64,000 nt of DNA. Source: Podarcis liolepis (taxonomy: Eukaryota). A model generated the notes under the pieces. That model made no database searches and had not been told where the DNA came from. It saw only the letters and a program-made list of their open reading frames with translations. The position numbers were made by a program, and so were the translations under genes. Positions 1-13,105 of this stretch are shown in pieces (the first letter of the stretch is position 1; every line of letters starts with the position of its first letter). The stretch lies in NCBI GenBank assembly GCA_965112155.1, contig OZ218099.1; one strand, given 5' to 3'.

Positions 1-198
1 CTTACAGTAAAGCAAGCAATAAATGCCTACAATAATGCCACTGACAATCTCCCCTTGCATTGAAGTGCCTTAGGTGCCTTTACTTTGGGTTTTCACTCCT
101 GTATTTACTTCCCCCCCCCCTTGTTTTTAACAACATTAGCCACCTTGAGATTTAGGGTATAAATGAATGCCCTTGTGTTTTCTCTCTCCTATGTTCAG

Positions 199-343
199 GA
201 GGAAGGCCTGCAAGTATTTTGACCAGGGTAAAGGGACCTGCCCATTTGGGGGGAAGTGTCTGTACCTGCATGCCTATCCAGATGGGAGACGGGCTGAACC
301 AGAGAAACCACGAAAGCAGCTTAGCTCTGAGGGGACTGTCCGG
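199..343 (+). CDS. MKRN2: Makorin-2 penultimate coding exon (C-terminal C3H zinc finger: [48 protein letters not shown])
   Basis: Acceptor ttcag at 194-198, donor CGG|gtaag at 343/344. C-x9-C-x5-C-x3-H makorin finger, closely resembling the MKRN2 C-terminus. Tail-to-tail synteny with RAF1. Confidence 0.95.
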
Positions 344-1391
344 GTAAGATTTCCAGCCATGTGTCTTCTCGCAACTAAACAGCGGCGCTGGGCTTCAGTG
401 ATCCGACACATTCTTCCACTGAAGGCTTTGACACTTTTATACATTCATAAAAGGCTTCAGTGTATCAAGCTGTAGCATAGCTGGCCCCTTTGGGGAACAG
501 AGTGCTCTTTTCCTAAGATCCCGAGTGATGAATCTCATTTTGACAATGGAGCTTTTTCAATTTCAGAATCTAGTTTATTTGGCATTTAAAACACAAATGC
601 TTGAGTGTACTTGTTCATTTTTGCCTAGCTAGCAAGTGTGGTTTTAAATAGCCCTGAAAATTGCACATTTATATGTTTGGATCATCCAAGTAGGCTTCTT
701 TTCAGTAGAGACTATTGTATTTCTAATAATAGTGCACTTGTTGCTTATAACCTTTACTTTAAGCGTAATGCTGTTTTGTCAGATCAGTACAGATACCTAC
801 ACAGCTAGTGCTGTAGCCCTTGCTGGCAGTGCAGGCACAGCGGCATGCTTTGAAGTCCTGGACTTCAGAGCTGATTCAGAGGCCTTAGGGTTCAATGGGA
901 ATTTAGAGTAGTAGTAGCTACAACACACACTCCCATCAGCTGGACCCAAGAGCTGTTAAGGTCTTGGAAATACAAAGGCCAGGATCACAAGCTTGCATTT
1001 ACAGAAAGGCCCTTCCTAGGGCAAGGACTGATAGCTCACTGGTCAAGCACATGCTTGCACAGAGAAAGGTGCCAGTTTCAAGTGCTGTGAAAAATCTTTG
1101 CCTGGGACTAGTGAGTTAGATGGGCAAAAGGGGACTGTAGCCTCCAAGAAAAGCTAACTCTTCACACACATCAATGAAATTCTGGCAGTGACCCATGTGC
1201 CTCTCTGCAGCTGGCATCTTTTTGGTACCAAGGGAAGCAGGCCTTGTCATACTTGTACTGCACTGTGGAGGATGCTGTTTTAGCTGTAGCAGTACCCTGC
1301 TTTTCAGTTCAGGTGTATGCAGTATTTAAGCAGATATCTTCTTAGGTATGTGTCATTAGTGAGCACTCTATTTTGTTGTTTTTTATTCCAG

Positions 1392-1535
1392 TTCCTTAAT
1401 TCTGTTCGCCTCTGGGATTTTATTGAAGACCGAGAAAACAGAGCACTGCCAGCTGCTGACAATGATGTAACAGAGATGGGAGAGCTTTTTATGCATCTTT
1501 CCGGAGCAGATGCTGAACCTGCTGCCCCTCCCTAA
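1392..1535 (+). CDS. MKRN2: Makorin-2 last coding exon ([17 protein letters not shown]...[17 protein letters not shown])
   Basis: Acceptor ttttattccag ending at 1391, in phase with the previous exon; TAA at 1533-1535; VRLWDFIE and LFMHLSG motifs typical of MKRN2. Confidence 0.95.
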   Translation, partial: FLNSVRLWDFIEDRENRALPAADNDVTEMGELFMHLSGADAEPAAPP

Positions 1536-1697
1536 ACCACCACAAGATCTCTACCATGTACTCTTCTGTATCAGTCTTTCTGTTCCTTAAATAACTTTGT
1601 ACTGTTTACCACTTTAGAATTACTGTGCCATGGAGACTGAAGTCCTGGTGAAATTCTAGTATGAGCCTGACACTGTAGAGCAGAACAATTGAAGCTT

Positions 1698-1721
1698 AAT
1701 AAAGTGATTGCTTTAAATAAA
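1698..1721 (+). terminator. Candidate proximal MKRN2 polyadenylation signals (AATAAA x2)
   Basis: AATAAA at 1698-1703 and 1716-1721, 160-190 nt after the stop codon. Confidence 0.55.
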
Positions 1722-4700
1722 AATGTCAGTGTATAGTCATAAGTAGAAGAACTTCTGTTTTTCTGAAATCAGAACACCAGTGTGTTACCCAAAAACTTCG
1801 AGATTTTGAGAGATGATTTGTTTCCTGAAAAATCACAAGCTAGGGGCAGGCAGTAGTGAACATCAAGCATCATCATGTAACATTCCTCCTGACTCAAACC
1901 AGCATTCCCCAGTATAGCTTAATGTTGTTAAAGGTTGTTGGGTTTTTTATAAGAAAAAAGTTGGGAAAATTATATAGGACTAGTCAAGTGTTAAAGCAGT
2001 ACAGTTGATCAAATGTTAAACGCTAAATAGATCGTGTTTTTGAATGCCTTATTTAATGTTCTTTAAAATTTGGTACAAGGCTCCATTTCATAAGTAACAT
2101 AGATGTTTTAACAAAGTAATGCATCAATCTGTGCTACCATTGATTTGACTGTACTCCTAATGGAAGTCCAGTCAGAATAAGCCAGCAGTTGCATGCAGAT
2201 GGAGCAGGCAACATCTCTTTGGTACAGAAATATCACTTATGGGATTTCTATACTACTCAAGCCACTGTACATCTCTTAGACTATATTCTATTAAAATCCA
2301 TACCCAGTCTCTGCTGGAAAACTCAGTAATGTAGCCCACCTTTTTCCATATAAAGGTGATCCCTTTAGGTGCCCAATGCATCCACCAGGACTTTGGAAGA
2401 TGAGCACTAATACTTTGAATAGTGCCTGGAAATAAACCAATGCACCTGCAAGATATGTTTCTATTACCAAAACAGTCGGAACCCACATTTTTAACTATCT
2501 GCCATTTCCAAGTGATCTTCAAAAGGGTATAACTAGGTCAATACTGTGCAGAAGAGTTCACAGCTCACTTAAGAGGCGTCATGAAGATACTGAAAGGATA
2601 CAGGGGACCCCTACAGAAGCACATAGGATAAATGGCATGATGGGCCAAGCAGTAAAAGCCCTTGCCCTGTCTTCTGGGAGCAGCTGTCCAAGACAAGCAC
2701 AACTACTGAAACACCGCCTTCAAGTTACAGAGCTTGTCTTGAAGGATATCAGGGTTGATTTTTATTTTTATTATTTATTAAATCTGTATACTGCTCTATA
2801 CCCATAGATCTCAGGGTGGTTTATTACATGCCATCAGAGGCCACTGCAAGGTCCAGAATGAGCAGGGGCACCCCCTCCTTGCACAGATCATCCATCAAGG
2901 TAATACGATAAAACCAGGTCTGCAATCAGACTGAAATTGGCAACCACATAATTGAGCACCTTTCCAGGAAGGGACTATTAAGCAATGCTTGGTCAGCATC
3001 TACAGAAGTGACATTTTTGGGGGAAGGAGAGAAAAATGTTAACAGCAGCTTACCTCTTGGAGAGTGGCAAGAACTGCAGCAATTTCTGTTTCTGTGATTG
3101 TGTGGTTTCCTCCCCCCCCAAAAAAAAAAATGCTTCTTGGGAGGCCAGATCCATCTACTCTAGCTACAATTTATTACACAGCTAATTGTTAAGTGCCACT
3201 ATATTAAAACTGAATAAATGCATGGATTTAATGTTACTAAATGTCAGCTGCACCTAGACTATCCTTATTTTATTGGACAAGGAGTAGGAGATAACGGCCA
3301 CCCAGAGCTACACCAGGACTCCCACCATCCATATACAGCAGTGGGTCAACAAGACTAATCTGGCTTGTTACTATGGAAAATGTTATTCCTACAGTGTAAA
3401 ATGTACTGGCATTGCTCCCTAACAAGGTTGGGAATAGCTTTAAAGAAAGTTACTTTACCAGCAAACGAGGCAAAATGAATCCCATAATTGCTATAAAAAT
3501 AGCATTCATTTCTAGCTAAGCCAGACCACGCTGCAGTGTTTTAAGGTGCAGTGCATTTGCAGAATGAATTACGCTTCCACTTACATTTATGTAGAACATG
3601 GGTGGGTTTAAATTTCAGATTGCATTTCTAAAACTGGAAACATGCCAGACTGTTGCTTTAAGTATCTTTTTTGAGTGGCATGCCTATGACTTGCACTGGA
3701 GAGGAGAAACTAAAAGCTTAAAGCAGGCAGTAATTTTAGCTTGGACAGGAGCCAGTAGGGTTTCAAGAAGATGAAGCAGGCTTTGCCCAGTCTGCTTCTG
3801 CTAACTCTTCAAATTCTCACATTACACCTCCAACTTCCAAAACCTGAAGGAACTGCATTTTCAGTTTTTGCTTCTACATTATATATTTAAATGAAGCTAA
3901 ATCAGTATTTGCTAAGGGGCACAAACCAATGCTTTCCTTATCTCCCCATCCTTAGAGAAAGTATCTAAATCCAACACACCATCTTATGGGTAGAGAACGT
4001 GTTTCCTCCTTAAAGGATGCCGAAGTTAAGGCACTCGTGTAGTCATGTGGAAGCACACTAACTCTTTGCTTAAACTGTGTACTTTTATACTAGTGTTGAA
4101 AGCAGTTTTACACAGTATCTCAGTACTCTTTACATCAAATATGTAATGGAAGTTTCATGGGTCAACTATTGCACCTGGCATACCATGCTGTGCTCACATT
4201 GCATGCTAACTGCACTTCAGCTTTAGCCCATTATTGTTTAGCCACTAAATAATGGGGCTAAAGTTAAAGCAGTTGTGCTCAGAATGTAGTCTAGACTGTA
4301 AAGCAAATGAATCCACGTGGACATCTCCAAAGAAACCCAGAAGAATTCATTCCAGAATGCCACAACTCAACCCACAATATGGACTGTACAGTTCAAAAGC
4401 ATCTACTCTAAGAATGACTAAGGCTGCAACTCTAAACCCACTTACCTGGGAGTAAGTTCCAATGAGGTCAACAGGATATACTAATGAGTAGACATGGTTA
4501 TGATTGCCCCATAAATAAGGATCGAGCCCAAGGTATGAGGAGAAGGCAGAAAATACATACTGAAAAAAGCTTGTTTTTCATGCACTATACTTCAGTCATT
4601 GTTCACTTAACGTATGAAGTTTGATCAGAAAATGCACTTTACCAGGTACACTTTTCTGATGCTGTAATGGTAATGTAAAACACCAACAAATCCAGACTTC

Positions 4701-5546
4701 AAACTGTATAAGTCTTATAACTGTATAATGCATGTTCATTACAATACTGGGCAAAAACAAGTGCCAGCAGCGAGGAATAACAGAAAGAATTTGAAAATCA
4801 ACAGACTTAAGTACACCTAACCCTGTTTAGGATTTGGACGCTGTGCACATGCTTACCCTCTCCATTGTTTACTCCTGAAACCCTAAAAGCACACAAAATG
4901 CATTAGCTTAACTCCAGAAATAAATGTAACTCACCCAATATTTGCATTACGATAGTGAATACAAAAGTGCCAAGCATTCAAGGCCACTGCAGTACAGCTA
5001 TTGTGGCACCTGAATACATTCATTGTAGGGGACATTTTTGAATATGCAGCAGAAAATATGAATTACAGAAAGGGTGGGAGTTCCTTGGAAAGCAGGGGTG
5101 CTTTTCAGTTCCTGGGTGTCATTTCAGCTGCAGCTGATCAGAAGAACTGAACAGCTCAGCAGGCACTACAAATGGCAGAGGCTTGTAAGCAGCACATGGA
5201 AAGTGACAGCAAGTGTTTATGAACAGCAAAGGAACATTGGAACAAGGACAGCTACAAAATGGAAGCCAGTCTTTGCATACCGAACTTAATACTATTAAGG
5301 AGAGTGCAAGCTGAAAGGCACAACTGAAATTACGTTAGCAGTGATGCAACGCAACCCCAGGAAATGACGTTCCTTACCTTTGCATGGATTATCAATCAGA
5401 AAGTTACCTCTCACTCTTAATCCCTGAGCAGTTTTCATTCATCACTACTTCCTGAGTAACTGACCTCCTTTATGCCTTAAAAAGAAATAAAGCCTACTGC
5501 ATACAACTTGTATACAATTTCCTACTGAGTTGCCTAACATGATACT

Positions 5547-5815
5547 AGTAGTAGATAGGTAGCCGTGTTGGTCTGCCATAGTCAAAATAAAAAAATTCCT
5601 TCCAGTAGCACCTTAAAGACCAACTAAGTTAGTTCTTGGTATGAGCTTTCGTGTGCATGCACACTTCTTCATACTGAAGTATCTGCATACTTCAGATACA
5701 CACTTCAGATACATACTTCAGTGTGTATCTGAAGAAGTGTGCATGCACACGAAAGCTCATACCAAGAACTAACTTAGTTGGTCTTTAAGGTGCTACTGGA
5801 AGGAATTTTTTTATT
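5547..5815. mobile_element. Penelope-like element (PLE) terminus inserted as an inverted pair
   Basis: Perfect 86-bp inverted repeat (5586-5671 / 5730-5815); 13-bp target-site duplication CTAACATGATACT (5534-5546, 5816-5828). The TAGCACCTTAAAGACCAAC and GGTAGCCGTGTTGGTC motifs are recalled as typical of reptile PLE ends. Confidence 0.8.
5725..5762 (+). ncRNA. Minimal type I hammerhead ribozyme motif (PLE-associated)
   Basis: GUAU(5725-28)-CUGAAGA(5729-35)-A-GUGUGCAUGCACAC stem II(5737-50)-GAAA(5751-54)-GC-UC(5757-58)|AUAC(5759-62). Stem I is GUAU/AUAC; helix III is the palindromic AGCU. Confidence 0.75.
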
Positions 5816-6563
5816 CTAACATGATACTGTGTAAGATCAGGCAACCAGTGATCTAACACCCTCATTTATTACACACGGGATTGTCAAATCGCCTTTAAAA
5901 AATCTTAATCCTGTTCCAAAGAATCTGCAGATTTGACTATGTCACCTCTACGAACCACCCCTAGGAGTCACCTGAGGGCCAAACTACATGTCTATAGATT
6001 TTATAGTACAGTAACACAGCCAGTATAGATTCCGCCCCCCCGGGAAATGCTAGCTTCAGGGGAAGGGTCAAATTCCCCTTCACAATTCTAATAATTATCA
6101 AGTGTTCACCCAGCTGATGCTACAAGCATTTAATATCATATCTAGCCTGGCTCTTGAGTGAACTCGGTAACTTCAATTCCAGGCCTGTGGACAAGAGGCA
6201 GAGGATGAATTTGCATGATTTCTTCTTTCTCTGTAAAGTGGGTCTTTCCATCACTATGTAGCAAAATCCATGTGGAACTAGATAGTAAGGATTTGCTGGA
6301 TGTGTGGTGAACTAAATGTATTTATCTGAGAGCAACCCACAACTGAAGATGCACACCTACACTTACAGTGATGATGGTTCAATATGGGAAATATGGGTCT
6401 GTGGGTCAAAAAACAGCTTACCTACATCTCCAAGGGACACTTTGCTGTGCCTGAAAGTGATAAACATGTTCTTGAAAACTGCATCACATCTAAAGATCCC
6501 TCAAAAGGCTGCTGGAGCTACAAAGCACATTCTTCAGAGAATATAACGGTGCGAGGAAATACA

Positions 6564-6818
6564 GAAGAAGAAGAAGAAGAGTTTGGATTTGATATCCCGC
6601 CTTTCACTCCCCTTCAGGAGTCTCAAAGCGGCTAACATTCTCCTTTCCCTTCCTCCCCCACAACAAACACTCTGTGAGGTGAGTGGGGCTGAGAGACTTC
6701 ACAGAAGTGTGACTGGCCCAAGGTCACCCAGCAGCTGCATGTGGAGGAGTGGAGACACGAACCCGGTTTCCCAGATTACGTGACTACCGCTCTTAACCAC
6801 TACACCACACTCGCTCTC
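6564..6818 (-). mobile_element. tRNA-derived CORE-type SINE (Squam3/MIR-like), young copy
   Basis: Minus strand shows A box TGGTGTAGTGG, B box GGTTCGTGTC, CORE motif GGGTGACCTTGGGCCAGTCAC and a (TTC)n tail. Confidence 0.8.
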
Positions 6819-7019
6819 AGTTAATACACAGTTAATAGCTCTACAGTTCTTTCCAAAATGGTATTTTAGAGGGGAATCGCTCCAGTATTTTCTTTGCTTT
6901 CATGCACATAGTGTACTAGATATTGCAGACAGGGCATCACAGCTACATAATACACACATTTAAGAACATGGTGCACACACATCAAATGTGGAACATCGGT
7001 TAAAAAACCGACTGAATGA

Positions 7020-8022
7020 CAAACTTAAATTTAATTTATTTTATTAAAATAAGATAATCAGAAGAACCTGTGTTTACAATAAATGCTTTTCTCCTAGGGG
7101 CAATGAAAACAAAGTTAAAACCCAAATCAGCAAGGGAAAACCTGTATATGCCAAGTTTCTTTATAGTGCATCTCAGGAAAAAAAGTTTCAAAACAGACTT
7201 TATTTTGCAGAAATTTACTAACAGAATTACTTATTTCTTCTCCTCCCAAAAAACTATAGTTTCTCACAGGACCCTCAGAGCGCCGCAAGAAACAAGTCCG
7301 AAGTACCCAACAAGCTTCTTATGTTACTGTTAGATGATTGTAGGAAGATTGTGCTAGCTTCCTTCTCTGGACAGTACTAGTTATAATATATTCCTTGCCT
7401 CAAAATTAGTATTTTCCACATGTGCAAAACTGTTTTGTGTTGACTTAATATTGGTGTTTAACGTTTCATGATCTTGAGAAATGCTTAGAAGTGGAAACTT
7501 TCCAGAGCTTGAATTCCCCTCTTCCCTTAAGTCTTCTTTGTGGATGATGATCATTTTAGTTAAAATTCCTCCAGCCTGAATGGCACAAAGTCTTAGAATA
7601 TCAGAAGAACAGCACCATCTGCATTGACTTTCCTCAAATGCTAAGCTATTATTTTGCTATAGAAAAATACCAGTCTATTCAGCATAATGCAATTTCAAAG
7701 AAACCTGTTTTCTTTTTTTTTCCTTTTTCCTTTTTTTTGCATATGGGATAAAGTAAGGCTCAAGTGCATCTATAAAAAATAGTAATAGGACCTCTTGTAT
7801 ACTGTCTCTTAACTATTTCAATATGATAACCTATAGAAAAAGGCAACGTGGAGTTTTTTGTCCCTGTAGGATTAGAACGGTAGAAATTCATAGCAGCTCA
7901 TTCTCAAAACTGGCATCCAGCTGAATCCCATTGCTGGCTCTGCAATCCTGTAGACTGAGGCATTCAAAAGCACAACTGCTAGAAATGTTACTGGAGAGCA
8001 GTGGGCAGCGCGCAACAATCTC
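7020..8022 (-). other. RAF1: RAF1 3' UTR (approximate end)
   Basis: Lies between the TAG stop (8023-8025) and the poly(A) signals; AU-rich, no recognisable repeats. Confidence 0.7.
7035..7045 (-). terminator. RAF1 polyadenylation signal (overlapping AATAAA x2)
   Basis: Minus strand reads TTTTAATAAAATAAATTAAATTT about 1 kb after the stop; resembles the mammalian RAF1 mRNA end as I recall it. Confidence 0.75.
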
Positions 8023-8163
8023 CTAAAACACAGGTAGCCTTGTCGAAGTCAACGTGCACGAATTGATGTCCTGGGTGTGAGTTGCACGATGCAGAGAAGG
8101 TTCTGAAGCACTTCGGTTGATTTTGGGTAAAGAATGCTGCAGCAATTCAATGGAAGACAATAT
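8023..8163 (-). CDS. RAF1: RAF1 exon 17 coding part ([46 protein letters not shown])
   Basis: Acceptor tttag; RSASEP 14-3-3 site (S621 equivalent); TAG stop; 141 nt. Confidence 0.97.
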   Translation of the reverse strand: MLSSIELLQHSLPKINRSASEPSLHRATHTQDINSCTLTSTRLPVF

Positions 8164-9214
8164 CTAAAGTAAAGAGGGGAAAGGGGGGGGGGAGAGGAAA
8201 TTATAACGGCCTGTCCAATTTCTGTGCAAGACTATCTTAATTACAGTACTGACAACTTCCTAGGTCTAGACAAAGCTACAAGTGCAAATTTCGTGAAAGC
8301 TCTTGCCAGCCCCACCCACTTCCCTGTGACCATTTCCTGTTTATAAAATAGAGAGCAGACAGGACAGCGTTTATTTTCTGCCTTGTGAAAAGCGTGAGTG
8401 GCTCACATTACACACCCAAAGCACAAACCTATGTGCAGGGATACCCACAGGTTCCTGGCAATAGCTTGGGAGTGACAACGCTACAACACAAATACCCAGT
8501 TTTAAAATACATTCTTAAAAAAATCAAATTATAGTATCTCAGCATTACTGAAAAACAGTAAAGAAAAGTGAACATGGTTATCTGGAAAACTGTTTCATTA
8601 TCTCCCACTAATGAAACATTTTGGTCTTATCAGAAGCAGGAAATACCAAGAAACATAAAATTGAGAATTTTAGTGTCTTTCAGGAAACAGATAAACAGAG
8701 ATATAAATCTGTCTTTCTTTCTATAATTTATTTATGTATGTGTGTGAGAACGATTAAACATAATATGCCTCTCTCCCCGCCACCCTCTCTCTCATAAATG
8801 CAGATATATACATAAGAGAAGGGTAAAATTTGTATCTGTCTTGTTGTTTATGTATTTTATTACCCTTCTCTTGTATATATTAAATCATATATAATGTTAT
8901 ATAGACACAGCTGTATAATGTGTCCATCTTGCCCCAAGTGGAGGAGAGAAAGCTGCAGAAATGGGTTAGGAAGCTGCCAGCCTCTAGCTCCCCATGGAGA
9001 CCTCTCTCCCCACTCCCCACCTGAGGGACGTCTGAAGAATCAAGAGGAACGGAGAAGAAAAAGAGGCAGCCTCTGCAATGACAGTTGTTTGTCCTTCCTC
9101 TTTCATCATATAATTTCTATCGACACTTATTTTAAAAAATAATTCTATGTAAACTACTTTGTGAAGTCCATCCGATAAGCAGTACATATATTCAATAAAT
9201 ACATACCTATAGGT

Positions 9215-9580
9215 TTTTGTTTTTAATTATTAAAGATTTTCCTCGTTTACAAAAGCACATGCTTTGTATTTTTCTTCAGGTTGTGTTTTCTACAAGATCA
9301 GTTACTTTTGTCGTGAAACATTGGTGTTATATGCAGCATAGGGTTGGGAAGAAAAGAAGGGGGGCGGGAGAAAGGGTTGGGGTGGTAAAGCCTATATTCT
9401 TTTACTTCGTGTATGTGTGGGGTTTTTGTGTCAGTGTCACTTGAGGAGGTTCTCTTTCTATTCCTTTGCTATGTTTCCTTGATGGTGGGAGAGGTTGGGG
9501 AGGCCTAGGGTGTGGTTGATCGCCTTTGGTTGGCTGCAGTGGGATCTGTTTCTGTGTGTGAGGAGGGTGTTGTTGGGTTA
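9215..9580. repeat. Interspersed repeat, probably a LINE (L1-like) 3' UTR remnant; related copy at about 45460-45765
   Basis: Shared motifs ATTAAAGATTTTC, ATCAGTT and GGCCTAGGGTGTGGTTG...TGGTTGGCTGC in both loci; family assignment is a guess. Confidence 0.45.
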
Positions 9581-9679
9581 AGTTAATACATACCTATAGT
9601 TATACCTGTCTTTGTGCATGCATAGGCACATGTAGGCATGTCTGCATGCCTATGTGTGTGTCTCTTTCTCTAGAATATT

Positions 9680-9684
<5 letters not shown>

Positions 9685-9727
<43 letters not shown>
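9685..9727. repeat. (CT)n microsatellite
   Basis: About 21 CT units seen directly. Confidence 0.95.
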
Positions 9728-9730
<3 letters not shown>

Positions 9731-10006
9731 ATTCAGCCATGGAACTCACTGAGTTCCCTTGGACCAGTCACTCTCTTTTACCCTAGCCTACTTCACAGGG
9801 CTGTTTGCAAGGATAAATTATGAGGTGTGAAGTGAACCATGCGCTCTAATCTTGACTTCTATGGAGTAAAAAGGTAATAAAATAAAGTAATAAAAATATT
9901 CTCTTGCCTGCAGTTTGAGAGATTAGTTTCCCCATTATTTTTCACTATTTGAACCAACATGTTCTCTCTGTCTCTTGCTTTATTCAAACACACACACATA
10001 AGTTTA

Positions 10007-10213
<207 letters not shown>

Positions 10214-11757
10214 TTAGAGAGGCAGCAGCTACGTTGAAAATAGTTTTAATGTAAACTATTCACTGTTCTCATGGAAATATGGAGGGCAGCTGCATGTGGT
10301 TTCAAGGGGGAAGGGGACATCACTCATAAGTGATACCATGGAGGGCTGGGAAAGACTTCTGTCCGACAATCGGAAGGGCTATGGTTAGATGGCTCACTGG
10401 CCTGGCTTGGTTTAAGGAAACTTCCCATATTCTCAAGACCCCCCTCACTCACTGCCAACTACCAAAATTAATTGCCAAATACATTCTGGCCCAAGAAAGA
10501 ATATACGCACATGGAAGCTGCTTGCCAGATGGGAACCTCCTGCAGACTGGTGAGGGATCTGCATTGTGATAAACAGGCCATTTTATCTAATTTAGTACAA
10601 ATTATAGCACATGTCATTGTATCTTCTTCCCCAGTGCTTCCAAAGTAGTTGACTTACAAGAAACAAACGTGTAACCTTCTAATGGCTCTATTTATCTCTT
10701 AAGTTGAGAAGCCAGCCCCAGAAGCCTTTCCAAGCACCCACCACCACCATAATCCTGTGAGGGAGAAAGTGGAGAGGCACTTGTTGGACTCAGCCCTTCT
10801 ACCATGTTCCCGTTGCACTTTCAGAAGGGTCATCTATGCAGTAAGCAGCTTCTCCTTGTGGGGGGAGGCTCACCGCACAATCAGAGCTTTCTGCAGCCTT
10901 CTAAATCAACCATGAAGCCTCCAACCTTTTCTGTGAGAAAAACAGGTGTTCCAACTTCACCCAATGCTTGGCATTGCCAAACAGCAGTTCCCCTTTGCTG
11001 CCCCATGATAAAAAAGGGGGTGGGATTGCCGATTTGGCTGCCTAACCACTCCCAGCATCCTTACCAACTTCAGTGCTGGGAGAGGGCTAGGACCACCATA
11101 CAACTGCTGAGACACATCTGCAGCTTCAAAGTTTGGCAGAAGGCTAATTGCCCATCACCAGAGGGTAGTGCCACACTTGCCACAGTGAGTGGTAACTGCC
11201 TCTAAGGTAGCACTGAGCACGCACTACAGCTACTAGACCAGTTAGGAACCTTGTGCTTTCCACTTTAGCATGTCATATTACTTTAAAGTTCAAGGCACTT
11301 CTTTCATCTAGCATATAACAATTATTTCCATCTGGGCAGACAGGCTTAAGAAACAATGAAGGGAGAGTTCACAAGCAGTGTTAGCCTATCCTGCCTTCGA
11401 TCCTCAGGTTAAGGCTTTCCTAACGCTCAGCCCAACCCTTGAGAAGACACAGATCCTTGGAGACCAATGGGAACTCCAAGAACACACAACCCAGATTTCA
11501 CAAGGGAATTAGTTGACAAACTGACCCCTGTATCAAGTGTTAACAATGTAGATTTTTTTTCAGTCCTCTAGAACTCTGACTCAACATTCCGACCAGCCTA
11601 GTGCTAACAAACACTGCATAGCAAACAAGCAGTTTGGGCAAAGTATATATGATGTTATACTGACTTTTCAATGTTACTGCAAACAGATACCCTCTGCAAA
11701 AGCTTTTATATGGGATGCCCTGCTGCTTAGATACACACAAGCCAAGATCTACTTTTA

Positions 11758-12147
<390 letters not shown>

Positions 12148-12568
12148 TTAAATTTATTTCCTCAAACATTCAAATTGGCATTGGAAACAATCGAATGAAA
12201 AATGTGGGGGTTTTTAAATCAGGGAAAATACAATGGAACACATGATCGTTCCTCTGCCCTCATTTCCATGCTGTCAGCTTGAGGCCAGCAGGGCCCTGGG
12301 TGAGGTGGCAGAACTGCAGTCGTATCTCACCACCACCAGGCTGCAGCCTCAGCTTCTTAAAAACTTAATATAGACATTGGCCTAGTACAGAAACAAGAAG
12401 TAACTATGGTTTGTCATTACAAGAATGAGCCTGCACACATCTGACTTCCTTGCTCCCGCTGCGCCCCCCCCCCCACCTTCCTACATACAAAGGAGATCAA
12501 AAGCTTCCATGCTCAGCTTGATATCCTGGCTTCTTTTAACTAACTAAAGTTCCCGAACTTTGGGTGTA

Positions 12569-12783
12569 CAGTGGTACCTCAGGTTAAGTACTTAATTCGT
12601 TCTGGAGGTCCGTTATTAACCTGAAACTGTTCTTAACCTGAAGCACCACTTTAGCTAATGGGGCCTCCCGCTGCCGGAGCACGATTTCTGTTCTCATCCT
12701 GAAGCAAAGTTCTTAACCTGAAGCACTATTTCTGGGTTAGCAGAGTCTGTAACCTGAAGCGTATGTAACCCGAGGTACCACTG
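12569..12783. mobile_element. Tc1/mariner(pogo)-type MITE
   Basis: TIRs CAGTGGTACCTC...GAGGTACCACTG, TA target duplication, no coding capacity; same family as 63144-63385. Confidence 0.88.
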
Positions 12784-13105
12784 TAATGGGAATCCGTGGT
12801 TAGTTCAAAAGCATATGCGTTTGGCATGCCACCTCTGGTTAAGACCTTGGGTGGGGGAAGGAACCCTGAGGTTCACACAGGCTCATTCTCATAACAAACC
12901 CTAATTTGTTTTGAAAGGCCGTGTATCCTGAAGCCTAGTCAAAAAACCTATCTGCAGCACCTACCCACTCAAACCCCCTTCCATGTTAAAAAGAAAACTG
13001 CAGCTCTAAAAGCACACATAGATATACACCTTCTTTTGCAACACAGGAAGCAGCCATGCCAATTGTAGAATAGCAGTACTGTATGCTAGTTCTCTGGTAT
13101 TTAAG

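Noticed and set aside
5586-5815. CRISPR-like or pre-miRNA interpretation of the long hairpin
   Set aside because: Eukaryotic context, TSD-flanked and matching dispersed PLE-type copies; no repeat-spacer array.
6750-6818. tRNA-like A/B boxes
   Set aside because: Head of a SINE, not a tRNA gene; no complete cloverleaf.
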